The notes below the pieces were generated by a model. It was not told the DNA's origin. It did no database searches and saw only the letters and a list, made by a program, of their open reading frames with translations. Shown piece after piece: positions 25,013 through 38,600 of a stretch of 64,000 nt of DNA. The stretch's first letter is position 1, and every line of letters begins with the position of its first letter. This stretch comes from Balanoglossus misakiensis (Eukaryota; Animalia; Hemichordata): NCBI GenBank assembly GCA_040954595.2, contig CM082577.2:5692301-5756300 (forward strand). The letters are read 5' to 3'. A program made the translations under genes and the position numbers.

Positions 25013-28000
25013 TACATACATACATACATACATACACACACACACATACATACATACATACATACACACACACACATACATACATACATACATACATACA
25101 TACATACATACATACATACATACATACATACATACATACATACATACATACATACATACATACATACATACATACATACATACATACATACCGTACATAC
25201 ACACATACATACATACATACATACATACATACATACATACATACATACATACATACATACATACATACATACATACATACATACATACATACACGTAAAA
25301 AAACATTTTCTGGTTCTCAAATGAATTTGTTTTCTTTCTTATTTACCTTAAGGAATGTGACTGGAGGGTGTTGAAGCTTGTGCTGACAGAAATCACCAAA
25401 GCCCTTGAGAACAAGAGTCTGATCTTGGCAGCCGATGCAAATATGGAGAGACTGTGTAACAGATTATGTGAGATGGTGAGTCTGTAGTGTAGGAAAGTAG
25501 GAACAAACAATACCTCCAATTGTCCTGTCTTATTCTCTTTGGACCTTGTGTCCAGCTTTTACCAAGAATATGATGAAATTTGAAAACAACAGATCAGAAT
25601 TACTATTTTTTCCTAACTGTATAAAACATTACAACCAAAAAAGGGCTATCGAACAAATCTATCAACTACATGTACATGTACTTCATGTTACACTTTAAAC
25701 TTCTCGGTTTTACTGCTGACGCAGATAAAGGACTCCAACGTGCCCTCCAAGTTCAAGAACACTCCACAGGGATTCAAGAAATCGGATTTTCACCAGAGTA
25801 TCTATCCCGTACTGACTGCATTGGCATCCTACCACGCATACCTGAATCAACAGAAACAGGTACAGTTAAAGGGACACAAACACCTCTAATATGACCATTG
25901 GATGGCACATATGTTTTGCTTGGCCACCCAAGTGAAAGTCTGATTGGCCACTTTCTCTTTTCATGGGCATTGATTCTCTCGGTCACTGGAAATGGCATGA
26001 TAGAAGTGTTTTTTTTTATGTTTGGTGGAATCTGAAGATTACATTGCACAAAAAATCATCAAGGATAGTTCATGATGTGTTTAGCCAAGAAGGGTTAAAA
26101 TTTCAAGGCTCACACAGAGCTGTGAGATGGTCATTGTTTCTGACCACATGTCTGTGGCGATGTCATCGCGACCTCGTTCACATCCCAGTCGTGAACTTGA
26201 CCAGCTGGTTTCGCCGAGACATGTGTGGCTGATCATATATCCTTTGCTCTGTTTCCACAGCAAGACATGATTGCCAGCCTGGAGCTCGGTCTGCAGTCCA
26301 AGTGCGCCCAGCAGTGCGTCAATGCCCTGATGATCTGCACCATTGAGATGCAGACGGTGATGCTCCGAGCCCTGCCCTCTGTGCTGCTTGGATTGACCAA
26401 GATCTCGGCCACCGTCATGATCGCCATCCCCATGCTGGAGTATCTGTCGAGTAAGTACATCGCATTACGGTTGCTTTGTCTCGTGTACATCTGTGCATGT
26501 TTATGCGTGTGAATGCCCCTGCTTCACAAACTTGAGAACCCCTCCATACTGTCAGCGTGGTATTTGGTGTATAGATGCATCCTTCATTGTCAGTGAGAAT
26601 GTGTTCCAAGTGAAGTGTTCACTACCAAAAAATATGTGCCAAACAATTACTTTATTTCTTATTCTTGTCTCCACAGCTCTGATCAGATTACCAAAGTTTT
26701 ATGCCAACTTCAATGAAGACCAGTACATGAGTATATTTGCTATAGCGCTGCCCTACACCAACCCATTTAAGTAAGTCTGTGTAGATCGTATGCAGACAGC
26801 CTTATATATGGAGGGTCAGTCAGTTAGTTAAATGACCGATCAGATGATCAATCAATCAATGCCATAAGATATGTGTCAGTTAATCTCTGATCCCAAATGC
26901 TTGGAAAAGCATCAAAAAGCAGCAGAGACGTGCATAGTTTCACTTGCATGATTGCCAAATGAACTTACTCAATTCCAATTTTCCATAAGCCTGTCTCCTA
27001 TTCGAGGCAAAGTCGCATAACCCACGGCAGCATTCCATCATGTTTCTGCTGAAACGTTTGTTAATGTGATACATGCTTCTCTCCAGATTTTCCCTGTATG
27101 TGGTGTCGCTGGCACACCATGTAATCGCCATGTGGTTTATCAAGTGCCGGTTGCCGTTCAGAAGGGACTTTGTTCGTTTCATCACAAAGGTATGTCCTTT
27201 GTATCAATGAACTTTACATGTCATGGTGTTCAACTTGATCTACACTGCACAGAATCATTAGCCCAACTTTTGGGCTGTGGGCAGATTGTGTCCTTATTGT
27301 GTTAGCCACATACAGCCTTAATTAATAACCACACACCTTAAACAAAACCACAAACACAGTTTACACACTTCTGCGCTGCATTTGCCGTACCGAACTTCTA
27401 AACGCAACGACATTTCACCTCTGACCTCGAATGTCCATTTGACCTTTTGACAGGGCTTGAAGTCTAACTCATTACCACTGTTCGACAACAAGGACCCGGT
27501 CTTCATGAAACCAGAGGTTAAGTTACGTCGCAGCAGTAGTTTGACCGACAAGTCGAGAGGGTAAGAAAGAGAAAATTGTGGCGGGAGTCTCAATGAATCT
27601 GTTTCAACTTATGATGCAAGCAAAAGATAAATAAAAACAATCTCTTTGTACCTACAGACCACATGGGCCGTCGTCACCCATCTCAACAAGAGTACCGGAG
27701 ACTCTGAAAGAAAAAGAATATAAAACGCCTGATGAGGAACTACTGAATAATTTACACATCGAACTGACTGCAACTTGTATTGACCTGATGGCCAGATACA
27801 CATTCTCAACCTGTTCTGCGATGCCAAAAAGGTGGGGATACTCAGTTCATAAAAATATGACTACAAGCAGTTATTATACTAATGAATTCTAGATCAAATC
27901 TTGTGCATAAAATGTCAGTTTTTCTCGTGTGTTTGTTTTGCGTGAATGAAATTTTTAAAACATCTGCACCCATAGGTCACCGGTGGCTGAATTCTTACTG

Positions 28001-31000
28001 GCCAGTGGCCAGTGTCAGTCCTGGTTGCTCGGCAACAAAATAGTCACCATAACAACCAGCGGCGGGGGGATAAACCTGAGCAGGAACGGACTGTGCCACA
28101 AGTGTTCAACGCTCCTCAGGAAGAAAGAGTCGACGTCGCACGGGGGATCGTCTTCGAAGTCCCTGGCGGCCGAAGAGGAGGACGACGAAGCGCCCGTTCC
28201 AATCGCGCCGCTGCCAGCGTCGTCGCAGCCGGTCCTGCGCCACAAAGAGCGCCAGCGTTGCAAGTCGGGCAGCAGCCAGCGGGTGGACAGCGCCGGCAAC
28301 GCAATACCCGCCAAACCCCTGAAGACGGAGGACACCCCGGAAGTCTCCCACTTGTCGCTGATCTCGTCCGCAAAATCGGACGACGGCAAACAGATCGGTG
28401 GGGAAGAGCTGGCGGAAGCCTTGCAGGTTTCGAGCGCCCAGGCTGCGGCGAGTCCATCGCAAATCAGTCGCTCGAGCTCGCCGGTCCCAAAGGCCAAACC
28501 GGCGCCGGCGACCGACGCCGCAAAATCCGTTGTAGAAGCGCAAAGGCCGACACAGCTGTTGATACCGGCCGGGGACAAACTCTCCGTGTCCTCATCGACC
28601 GAGGTGCCCTACCTGTGCAACTGCTGGTGCCAGGGTTGGGCCGAGGTGCACATCCGGTGCCCGACGGGAAACACCTCCTGGATGATGCGCATCCAAAACC
28701 AGCAGTACCTAGCGCCGGCAGTGCAGGAGTCGCAGCTGACGGATCTCTCGGAGTTGTTGCTGGCGAACGTGGAACTGGAGAGAGAACTACTGGGCAGCTT
28801 CACCCCCAAATCACCAGGTGAGATAGTCTTTTGTTAGAAAGCCTCTTCCAGCTGTAGTCAGTACAGTACATCATGGTTGAAGATGACTTGTACATACCGG
28901 TCGTTGCACCAGTGTCATTGACAACAATCATGAGAAAAGGTTAAATGAATTGAAAATTAGTTTTAACCTCTGGTCATATTTTCAACATTTTTTGTTGTCA
29001 ATCAACCATCTGATTGTCTGTTCCCGCTAAAGTGCTCGATTACAACCCAGGTGCTGCTCAGTGTAAAGAGCCTTGTGGGTAATTACAACTTTGCCACATT
29101 GTGATTGATAGGCCTCACGTTAATAGAGAAATTCTTCTTCAAAGCATTTCTGTGTTTGGACATTTGACAAAATTACTTCAAAATGTCATCTTCCTCACAC
29201 AGGTGTTAGCAGTTTGGAAAAAACGTTCAGTGATGTCGCACCGAGAGTGTTTGACCTCTCCCCGACCGCGGACAGAGCCGAGTTGGCCGCCAGAAGCTCT
29301 TCCAGCAGCGTCCCAACCTCCCTCAAGCGGAGCAGTTCCTGCCCTAGTCTGGTGGCTCCAAATTCTGGGCTGGACGGGGAGGACGTTGATCAAGCGGGAC
29401 AGCTGGTCAGGTCGTGCGGCGCGGACCCGCAGAGGCGCGACTGGTTCCACAAGACGAAACTGCTGCAGTCGAAGTCGGCGGTCGAACCGCTCGAAGGCGG
29501 CCGGAAGCACAGCGACCCGTCGGAGATCAAGTCCATCGCGGAACGGAGGATGGAGAAGCGCGGGAGGGGCGAGCGTCACTCCGGCGGCGGAGGCGCGGCG
29601 GTCGGCTCGTCCAAGAGCGAAGAGGTGCATTCCGCGCGACCGCAGCTCAGGCTCGAGGGCGCCGAAACCAAAACCCAGAGCGAACCCTCCAGCAGAACCT
29701 CGCTGGAGATGAACCAACCGAGCGCTACCACCGGGGGCAGGAGGGGGTCGCGCCAGCTGCACAAACAGCCGTTTTCAATCGACGTACCGGAGCAAGCCTC
29801 CCAGGAGGAGCTGATCCAGGAAGGGTCGTTGCACCCCAGGAGACCGCGCGGCTACACTGTCTCCGTCATGTCGCCCGCGAAACACCACCAGCATATCCAC
29901 CCGAGGGAGTCCCAGATGGAAATGAGGAGGAAGAGATCGTCCTCCCGCAGGGACTCCAACAGAAGCGGTGGCGTCAACCCAGGGTAAGAGAAAGGGCATC
30001 TTTACTTCAGTGCCCAAAGTCACAGTTTCGTCAGAGTGGCAATTTCCAATGAAGTACCAAACTGATCTGAGTTTTCTCAGACTTCTGTGGTTTAACAACA
30101 TTCTGCCTCTGCAGGAAGGTACATGCAGACTTTGATAGGTCCTGCTAAACTACATCATTGTTCCTCTATGTTTTTCTTTACAGATTTGTATTCTTGCAGC
30201 TTTACAATTCACCGTTCTTCAGCATGGGTGATGAGAGACCTCAACTGTTGCCGAGTGACCCAGTATGTATTTTCTTTTTGAGAATATCAGTTTGCATGAT
30301 CAGGAAGACATTATGTATATTGCCACATCACTTTGTATATTACTAAGTTAGTGTTTCTTGCCAGTGTGTAAAATGCATTGAGTATGTTGCTTGAAGCTTC
30401 AGTAGTGAATTCCTCTCGATGTTGCAGGCAATTGAAAGAACTGTCAAAGTGCTGGATCGGATACCTCCCTACGAGACGCACAAGATAGGTGTGGTGTATG
30501 TGGGACCAGGACAGGTAAGTGTGAAATTCCCAAGGAAGGGAGGAAGTGGGAGAGGGAGAAAGAGGGGGAAGGAAGGGTGGGAGGTAGGGAGGGGTAGGGT
30601 GGGACAGACACACTACTGGCCACAATCCACATCACTAGACACGCCTGCTTAAGTTTTTGCTCTGAGCATGGTGCTAGCCTGTTTATGCCATCATTATGTT
30701 AAAATACTTGAAATTTTGTAAAATCCTTGCAGAAGTACTGGTAGTTTAATTTACATGACTATAAATCCAAATGTGTCTACAGAACATTAAGATGAAGCAT
30801 TGTAAGTGTTTTCATCCAATAAGATCAAATCTCACCATTTTCAGGGGAACAACCAAGTCGCCATTCTGTCCAATGTGTATGGCTCCAGTCGTTATGTAGA
30901 ATTCCTTCGTGGTCTCGGACAACTCATTAATTTGAAAGATTCGGCCGCCAATGAGATTTACACCGGAGGATTGGAGTGCAATGGAGCTGATGGGAAATTT

Positions 31001-32568
31001 GCATACAGCTGGCAGGATGATGTCATGCAAGGTGGGTACTTCAACTTGACTGACACCTGTCAATCATGTATAGGTGTATATTCTACTAGGCAGTAGGCCA
31101 GTCAAGCTCATTATGATGTAATCAGTTTCAATGATCATAAAATATGTTGCAGTTGAGTTTTGCTTTTAGCAAATTCATTGTTGTACATGTACTAACTCTT
31201 GAGTAATAATTTTATTTCTCATCAGTGATATTTCATGTGGCAACGTTAATTCCAAACAAGGCGTCTGATCCAAACTGCAATCAGAAGAAATTGCACATCG
31301 GCAACGACTACGTCACGATCATTTACAACGACAGCAACGAGAAATATGCACTGGGTACCATCAAGGTCAGTGGTGTTTGTGTTTTGTGGGCATGTTGAGC
31401 CATAGTGAAATTTAGTCCAGGGAGAAAAATATCCTTAGATTGGGGGGGGGGGGGGGCAGTGTAGTTACAGAAGGATGGTCAGTCTTTGAAGTTACATAGC
31501 AAAGAAGGTTGCTGCATATCGAAATCTTGTGATGTATAGAATCATTCCTGCTTGCATAGAGATAGTAACTGACAATGGCAATTTTTACCCCCAAAAAAAT
31601 GTTATCTCTGCTCTAAACATTGTGATTGTCTCCTATTTTTATTTCAGGGTCAGTTTAATTTTGTGGAGATTGTGATCCAGCCGCTGGACAATGAAAGTAA
31701 CGTAGTCACTGTACAAGCCAGAGATGGTAAGTGCCAACCGGGATATTATGTGTTTTTCTTGAGTGCACTTTCCACTTTGTGGCATTTATCATAATATACC
31801 CATTGTCCGACTTGACTGATAGAATTCTATGCATGCAGCAGAGGTTGGGTTTAACTAGTGGTTTCACTGTGATCTCTTGTTTACAGATTTGAAACATCTG
31901 ATGGGCAACAGTGTTCCAAAGATTGTGTCCGACAAGAATATCGCCATGTTGGCACGACAGATGGCCCTTCATGCAAATGTAAGTGGACACAGGAGATTAT
32001 GGGTGTATGCAGGTATACACACATGCACACACTCAATCACTCACTCCCCCTCCAACATACACACATACATCAGCTCACTCACTCACATGTCTTATGTGAG
32101 TGCTAATGCAGCTATTGAAAAAATCTATACGGTAACTGCATTTGTTATTAAAACGTGCAATGAGGAATTTGTATGTATGTATGTATGTATGTATGTATGT
32201 ATGTATGTATGTATGTATGTATGTATGTATGAATGGATGGATGGATTTTTACTTTTAAAAATATAGGATATTTGACCTTCTTGAGTACGTTCTCTTCTCG
32301 TGAGGTCACTGTAAATCAGAGCACTGCACTGAGTAAACTCTTTCGCTCTCTTTCAAAGTTGGCATCATTAATCCACAAGAGTTTGAGCCGAGGAAGTGTG
32401 GCTGACTCCTACGCTTCCAACTGGCTGGAGAGACTGCGCCAGATCAAGCGACTCTCCACCAAACTGCAGCAGCAGTCTCAAGACCAGTCGGTGTCGCCCA
32501 GCAGGCGATCGTTCGGGGGACGTACACGCAGCGATTCCAACATCGACGACTTTACCGATTTCGTGTGA
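14346..32568 (+). CDS. TSC2: Tuberin (TSC2, Rheb GAP), 33 coding exons, about 1858 aa (14346-14477, 14572-14658, 14960-15070, 15327-15406, 15693-15803, 16162-16248, 16404-16578, 16762-16835, 16978-17104, 17463-17606, 18006-18149, 18728-18913, 22407-22562, 23226-23378, 23650-23772, 24308-24423, 24736-24883, 25353-25475, 25725-25859, 26261-26450, 26677-26770, 27087-27189, 27454-27560, 27658-27831, 27976-28817, 29203-29983, 30184-30262, 30428-30514, 30845-31031, 31226-31365, 31648-31726, 31887-31978, 32359-32568)
   Basis: Tuberin motifs [96 protein letters not shown], catalytic [29 protein letters not shown] and C-terminus DDFTDFV*. Exon phases are consistent throughout (5577 nt). Confidence 0.97.
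14680..14766 (-). pseudogene. 5S rRNA-derived fragment (3'-truncated 5S pseudogene or head of a 5S-derived SINE3) in TSC2 intron 2
   Basis: Reverse complement reads GTCAAGGCCATACCATGTAGAATCCACTGTTTCTTGTCTGATCACCGAAGTTAAGCTGTGTTAGGCATGGTTAGTACTTGGATGGGT. This matches about the first 90 nt of metazoan 5S rRNA (GGCCATACCA, GATCACCGAAGTTAAGC, GGTTAGTACTTGGATGGG). The 3' ~30 nt are absent. Confidence 0.85.
19584..21482 (-). CDS. Secreted collagen-C1q domain protein (C1q/CTRP-like), 3 coding exons (21482-21308, 20722-20510, 20125-19584), about 309 aa, nested in TSC2 intron 12
   Basis: Signal-peptide-like N-terminus, Cys then [10 protein letters not shown], about 41 Gly-X-Y triplets, and gC1q motifs [61 protein letters not shown]. 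Phase-1 GT-AG introns, 930 nt in frame. Confidence 0.92.
21823..22200 (-). promoter_or_regulatory. Putative promoter and 5'UTR exon of the nested C1q gene
   Basis: Minus-strand TATAAAA at 21918-21912, donor G|GTAAGT near 21822, pyrimidine-rich acceptor just upstream of the ATG (about 21491), and an IRF/Blimp1-like GAAAAAGTGAAAGT at 22187-22200. Confidence 0.45.
22619..22721. repeat. (GT)n microsatellite, imperfect
   Basis: Directly visible in TSC2 intron 13. Confidence 0.95.
22967..23037. repeat. (TTCA)n/(CTCA)n tetranucleotide microsatellite
   Basis: Directly visible. Confidence 0.9.
24975..25294. repeat. (CA)n-(CATA)n compound microsatellite, about 320 bp
   Basis: Directly visible in TSC2 intron 17; it explains the HTYI/MYVC ORFs. 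Confidence 0.97.
32170..32243. repeat. (GTAT)n microsatellite with short (GGAT)n tail
   Basis: Directly visible in the last TSC2 intron. Confidence 0.93.
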
Positions 32569-34357
32569 TGGAGGCAGATGCTCCATAGTTCTATAAATGT
32601 GTGTTATTCAAAAGAACATAATTTTTTGAAAAAAAAATGCAAAATACTGTGGCCTATGTGCCCGGAATGTCCACGATACTTTGTGTGGAAGTACAAAATG
32701 CCACCATATACAGCTAGTCAAAACGCATCAACATACACCAACACAAACAAGTGTCCCTGTTTTGTTTGAGAAGATTTATTTTTGTGTGTTAAAGCATAAT
32801 TAAATTATCATGTTCCCAAATTCCACAAAAATACAACATTGTATGGATATACTTCTTTGAAATGATTTATTTCATGTGCAACATGAGTATGAATAGCAAA
32901 AGATTGTATTCATTGCTCATGCACAAAAATTGTATATAATTTCAGTTCCAGATGAATTTTTTGAATGTGATGAAATCACTTCATGTTCGCCGTACTTGTG
33001 TGTTTTGGCAATGAGTCAATAAACCTCCACTCATACATTCACTCATTCATTGTGTAATTTTGGTTTTGAGTTAAAAAACATAAATCACACCCCTGTTTTT
33101 ATAGGGGACCTTTTCATATATATTTTGAAATTGCTTGCCCCGGACCAGAAATTTCGAACAAAGCGCCCTCTGTGGCGAAACTGGTCGACTTAACACTAAC
33201 CCAGTGTACTGTCACTCCGCTGGCCGCCAAGCACATGAGTAAACGAACACTAGAGGGCCTTATACATGTATGTGGTAATGAAAGTCGCATAAAGGAGCTT
33301 TCAATTGTTATAGAAGTGGTAGACAAGAGAAATTTGGGGTCCGTCGGTTGGTCAGGCAAAAAATGACCCTACCCCAGCGACACGTTTGACTCCCCCCCCC
33401 CTAGTCCAAGGGTCTTTATTAAATTTTGATACAGGTACACCACATGTCCCTAGGAAATGGCAAATCGTGACTATAAAGTGTAGGCTATCCATATCTACAG
33501 TTTAAGGATTTTTGACCTGGGGTTTTTGAATGTGCAGGAAAAACAATGAGTCACAAGAATAAGTTTAAAGAACTGCTTGTTGAAGTGAAGCTTATACTCA
33601 CTTCGACCACTTACATAGAGCACAAGCACATGATTTGCGCTTAGGACTTGTTCTTCTCGTCTAGGGACAATGTTACTTGCTGTTATAAGTTCAAGGCCGG
33701 GATATTGCGATCAGGTCCGGCTGTTTATTTAGTACGGACCGTAAATCAATGATATGACGGGCGTGCCTGGCCCACCACATCCCGAATCCGGAAATGTGTG
33801 TCTGGGTTTTCAAGTGGCGTTGCTACACGATCGAGCCGCTGTTGGCGAAAACATTACAAATTGTGTTAGTTTTCTGACTGTGTGTGTTTGTTCGATCTTA
33901 TTTTCATGGGGTGCCGATGGACACCCGAAAATAAAAATTGCGGGACACATTTGGTATGTGAACGAGTTCAGGCCCACTTCGCAAACTGTTAGTCAGAAGT
34001 GGGCTTTGAGTGGATTACGGGTTGGCTCGCTCGCACACGCTCAATCTTATAGAGTGGTACACGCCAATTTATGATTTATCATGTATAGGAATTTTGGAGG
34101 ATACTACCACTGCCGCCTATACCCCTCTGTGGTTAAATTTCCCAACGTCCCACATTCTCCTTGTGTGGTACAAGGAATCTCTTATCTTTTATTAGCCATG
34201 CAATTAATTACATGGCGTGATGAAGGAGACACATTTGCAAAGGTGAACAAACTCAGCAACGCCCAACTGGACGGTTGAACGTGAAACCTCATCAAACGTT
34301 CCGTTCCGCGGCACTTTAAATCACGTGCGTGATTTAGTGTTCGCGGTGGAAGTGACA

Positions 34358-34572
<215 letters not shown>

Positions 34573-35679
34573 AACTTACGAAAAATCGCAGCGAAATATT
34601 TTAAGTTTTATAAAGGGGCTGTGGCTTATTCAGATGGGTGAAAATATCATGATTCCTTTTAGAGTCGCACGCGTTCGTTCACGAGAGACGTGACATCAAA
34701 CCACGCCCTCTGTGGGGCAAACATTGCCAGGGAAACACAAAGAGCGACTGATTTATGAAGCCGCACAACACCAGCTTGCCCTAATAGAGTGCTTGACGTG
34801 TCGATGGTTGAACTATGTCACAATATATCAGTGTGTGTATATATGTACAGTGAATACCCTACCGTGGTTTTAGAGTGAGTCGTCTCGTCATATAGATTCC
34901 AACCTTGAAGTTTGGCGGAATATATTTGGTGAGTTTTTTTTCTTAAAGTTTTTTTGCACATGCGACGCGTCAGTGTAGTCAGCATTGTACAGGGTTATAT
35001 AACGGAGAGTGTTCAAGTGCTCTATCGTTGTTTTCGTGATTCCAACAATGCCGATACTGATTGACTTAATTAGGTGTTCGTCTGTATACCTCCGAGGCTT
35101 TGGTTAAATCCAATTCTCCCTCGACTGATGCAGTGCTTTTTTTCACCGTAAAAAAACAAGACGTCTATAGTTCGCACGCTTGCTCTGAATATTTCGTAAC
35201 AGCATCATAAAAGTTTAAATGCAACACGCACCATAAAAGTCGCTTTGTTCATACCGTTATTCCATTAAAGCTTATTGTTATCCGTCGACTACACTCGCAT
35301 GTATATGTAGGCCTACGTTCACTCTAAACGCCCTCTTTTGTGATTTCAAAACGCCAGGCATAGATTCAACATACTCGACTCCCAATGGTTAAATATAAAC
35401 CAGTATATGCCTATTGGGACAAAATATCGTTTGCGTAGCTTTTTACGTTGTTTATTGTAAATTCGGTCGGGGTCAAGTCCGACCCCCGTATTTATACCGA
35501 CAGCATCGTGCTTTATAGAGTCAATTACCCGGCATCCATCGCGATAACTGGTCTCCTTTATGATGCAGATATGTGTACCGACAACTATTAAAGTGACCTT
35601 GCCTGATACTTGGGTATATAGCAGCGGTTAAAAATTGGGACTCCATGTTTACGTATGGCCCGGTTCGGATGAGTCGACC

Positions 35680-38600
35680 ATGGATAGCGGCTGGTGGACC
35701 AGGTTTCTCTGTCGGCTTCTGTTCCTACTGACGTGCGAACTCGGGAGAAGTTCGAGCGGCGGCGGTGGTGGTGGCCCCAATTTGATCTTGGCAGCACCGC
35801 CCCAATGGCAGATGAGAGAGTACCCGAACCCGCAGGACTCGACCGGCGTCTGCAACCGCCCTCACAGAGAGTCGTGGGTGTGCGACCCGAACGGGATACT
35901 GACGAACGAAGAAGGTAGGGCAATTTCAAAGTTCATTCAGCAGGGCGTGTACGGCGACATTTGGTGCATGTCAGGAGTTCCTGTTATTAGTACTAAGGCA
36001 TACCGTGGATCTCTTCTGCTCATGGCCACTACGTAGGCCTATATACACTAGTACGTGTTGTGTTCGTTTACTTTCTCTCCCAACACTGTAACCTCCTTTT
36101 TAGGTTTGCTTAGTAGACCGAATCACTCCTGGTTCATTTCGGACATTCTAGACGTGTAACATTCGATATTCGACTATATATCTTTTTTTTTCTCATTGTA
36201 TACCCGCGGTCCCAAATGAAACACCCGTGTTTTGTTAAGGGCACGCCGGGCCAGAGAATGAAACCGACCGAGTGGCTGGCCCCGCTGAGAAATGCTTTCT
36301 AAAGAAATCTCTGGCAGAGAAAGACGTAGAATTGCGAGGCGGTGTTGGTAATGGATCCGATTGTGCGGCCAGTGTTTTGTAAACGTAGATTGCGTGACTC
36401 CGAACACTTCACCTCCGCTGGACAAGAGTCCTCGTGTTTGTAACCATTTAAAACTGGTTACCGGGTGGTGTATTTGGTCTCTGGCCTGACCGTAACACGA
36501 CAGAAGTGACTTTGTTTGCCCGGAGTACTTCAAGCCCACTGATGAGACGGCGACAGCCGTCCTAGTAGAATGCAAGTCAGCCAATGACCGGAGTATTAGT
36601 ATATTAGTATAAAACGTGCACATATATCTGGGTTCAAGTTTAGACTTATATGATCAGAGGTTTCTTGGATCACAGAAATTCGACGTTTTCTACGTCATCA
36701 GTACCACATTCTCGGAAGTCTTGCCAAGCTACGACCGTGACCTGTGCACTAAATGCCCTCAGCTTTGTCTCAATTCGCTCCTCTCAGTCTGACAACACAT
36801 GGCCAAGCATTGAGCACGTAGACAGCTCTGTCATACCACGAATTTATTCAAGTTGTGTGATGCATGTGAACGCCACTATACTTGACTTGATGGTGGTTTC
36901 CAAGGACCTCTTGTCAAAACGCTTCAAACTTCGACATCCCGTATTGAATTATCGTCTTTCAGGCAGCATCTGGTGATAGCACGATTCACTTATTTTTTCG
37001 TTTTAAAATGATTCGGATTAATTGGATTTTTTAGTAAAATCTAATTTGTAAGCGGAGATTATTGGTTTTAACAGACTGGCCGTTCAATCGATATTTTGTC
37101 TTTCCGTGTCAGTATTTCCAGACACGAAGGTCAAAGTTTGCACGCACCCTACCACCGATGGGTTAAGCCGTAGATAGAAAAAAAATGAGCTAGGTCCCAT
37201 ACGGTTGAAAACCCGGTACAATAACAGACATAGAACATTCCTGCCCGGGGCCGGAGTGAACTTTTCGGACTTACACTGTACAGGTCTTTATGATTTCATT
37301 TTCATCCTAGTTCTTCGCATACCCTGAGATAAAAGTTCGTTTACGCACTCATGAAGCATATTTGTTACCCACAGCCCAAAAGTTTGATTCATCCTCAAGA
37401 ATCAACAAAACGGAAAATAAATTAAGCAACACATCGCTTTATTATTATTTTATTGTTATTGTTAATTGTATTTGTTTTTTACTTTCTCGCATTTAGATCC
37501 TATTTGCCATCATCTTTATGAGCGCCGCGTGGCCCTGCCAAATATTTCAAATTTTTCGTTGCGCAATCTCAACTAACTTCACTAAATACCCCTGAGGGGA
37601 GAGTCTTTACTAAACCATTCTCAAGGGAGAAATGAAGACCGAGTCGAATTTGAGAAGTTTACTGTGCAAATTGCCGTTGAGTGTAGGATTTCCTTCGATT
37701 TGCTTCGTTTTAGGTTTTGCTCTCGTGGACTCCGTTTAACCCAGCCAGCACCTATGCTATGGGACCGTCCTGATCTCAACCGAATGCCTGTTTTCATTTT
37801 TTACAGCGCTCCAGCTCGATGACATGGTTGAGAAGATGAGAAGATCGGCGGAGTGTCGATGCGAACGGTGCGTCAACGCTCAAGGCGAGCGGCACGGGTA
37901 CATCATATCGCTGGCCGTGCTCAACAGAATGTCGCCAGTCAACTACAAAAATCCGTTAAGTATATTCCGCTTTATGATCAATTAATTAGTCAGTTATTTT
38001 TAAAGAGAAAAAAAATCAAGATTGACTAATTCGCCTAATTGGTAAGCGTATTCATCAATAAAACCCAATTAACATAATAAGGTACTCTCAGCCGCTAATT
38101 GATGGGGAGTTAATTTTGTTTTTGTGGCTTCTAGTCAATAACTGAATAAAGAAAGAGTAAATATTATCGAATATTAATGATATCACCGTTCACTGCTGCT
38201 AGCGGATGACGCTCTCATTTGTTTGTAATTTAATTGTCTCGTTGAGAGGAATGGCGGCTTTGTTTAAAGGTATACAGTCACCTCCAATTTACATACGACC
38301 ATATATGGCTGAAATGGCGTATTTGAGTGTTCTAAAGAACATTATGGTAGCGCTCTTATTTTCGCGTGTGCCACCCACTGAAATTCTGTGATTGGCTAGA
38401 TCTCCATTTGCCATGGCAACTGTAGCTAATTTTCCATAGGTGACCGTATACCTTTAATACAGACGTCAGGATTGTGAAAATAATCTGTTGATGACGAAAA
38501 ATGGAGATGGATTTACTATTAAAAGAGACCGGAAAGGTGATGACATGCAGTTTCACGAAATGACAAAGATAAAGTGACCGGACGACGACGAACAATGCTA

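Noticed and set aside
24428-25374. Long ORFs with HTYI/MYVC repeats (298 aa, 214 aa and antisense)
   Set aside because: They are read-through of TSC2 exon 17 into a stop-free (CATA)n microsatellite.
28012-30101. Multiple long overlapping and antisense ORFs over TSC2 exons 25-26
   Set aside because: GC-rich coding exons are depleted of stops in other frames, and these ORFs show no recognisable motifs.
36539-36565. Hammerhead-ribozyme-like CTGATGA followed by a GACGGC-gaca-GCCGTC stem
   Set aside because: The obligatory GAAA after stem II is absent (ctag), and no stems I/III were found. At most a decayed relic.
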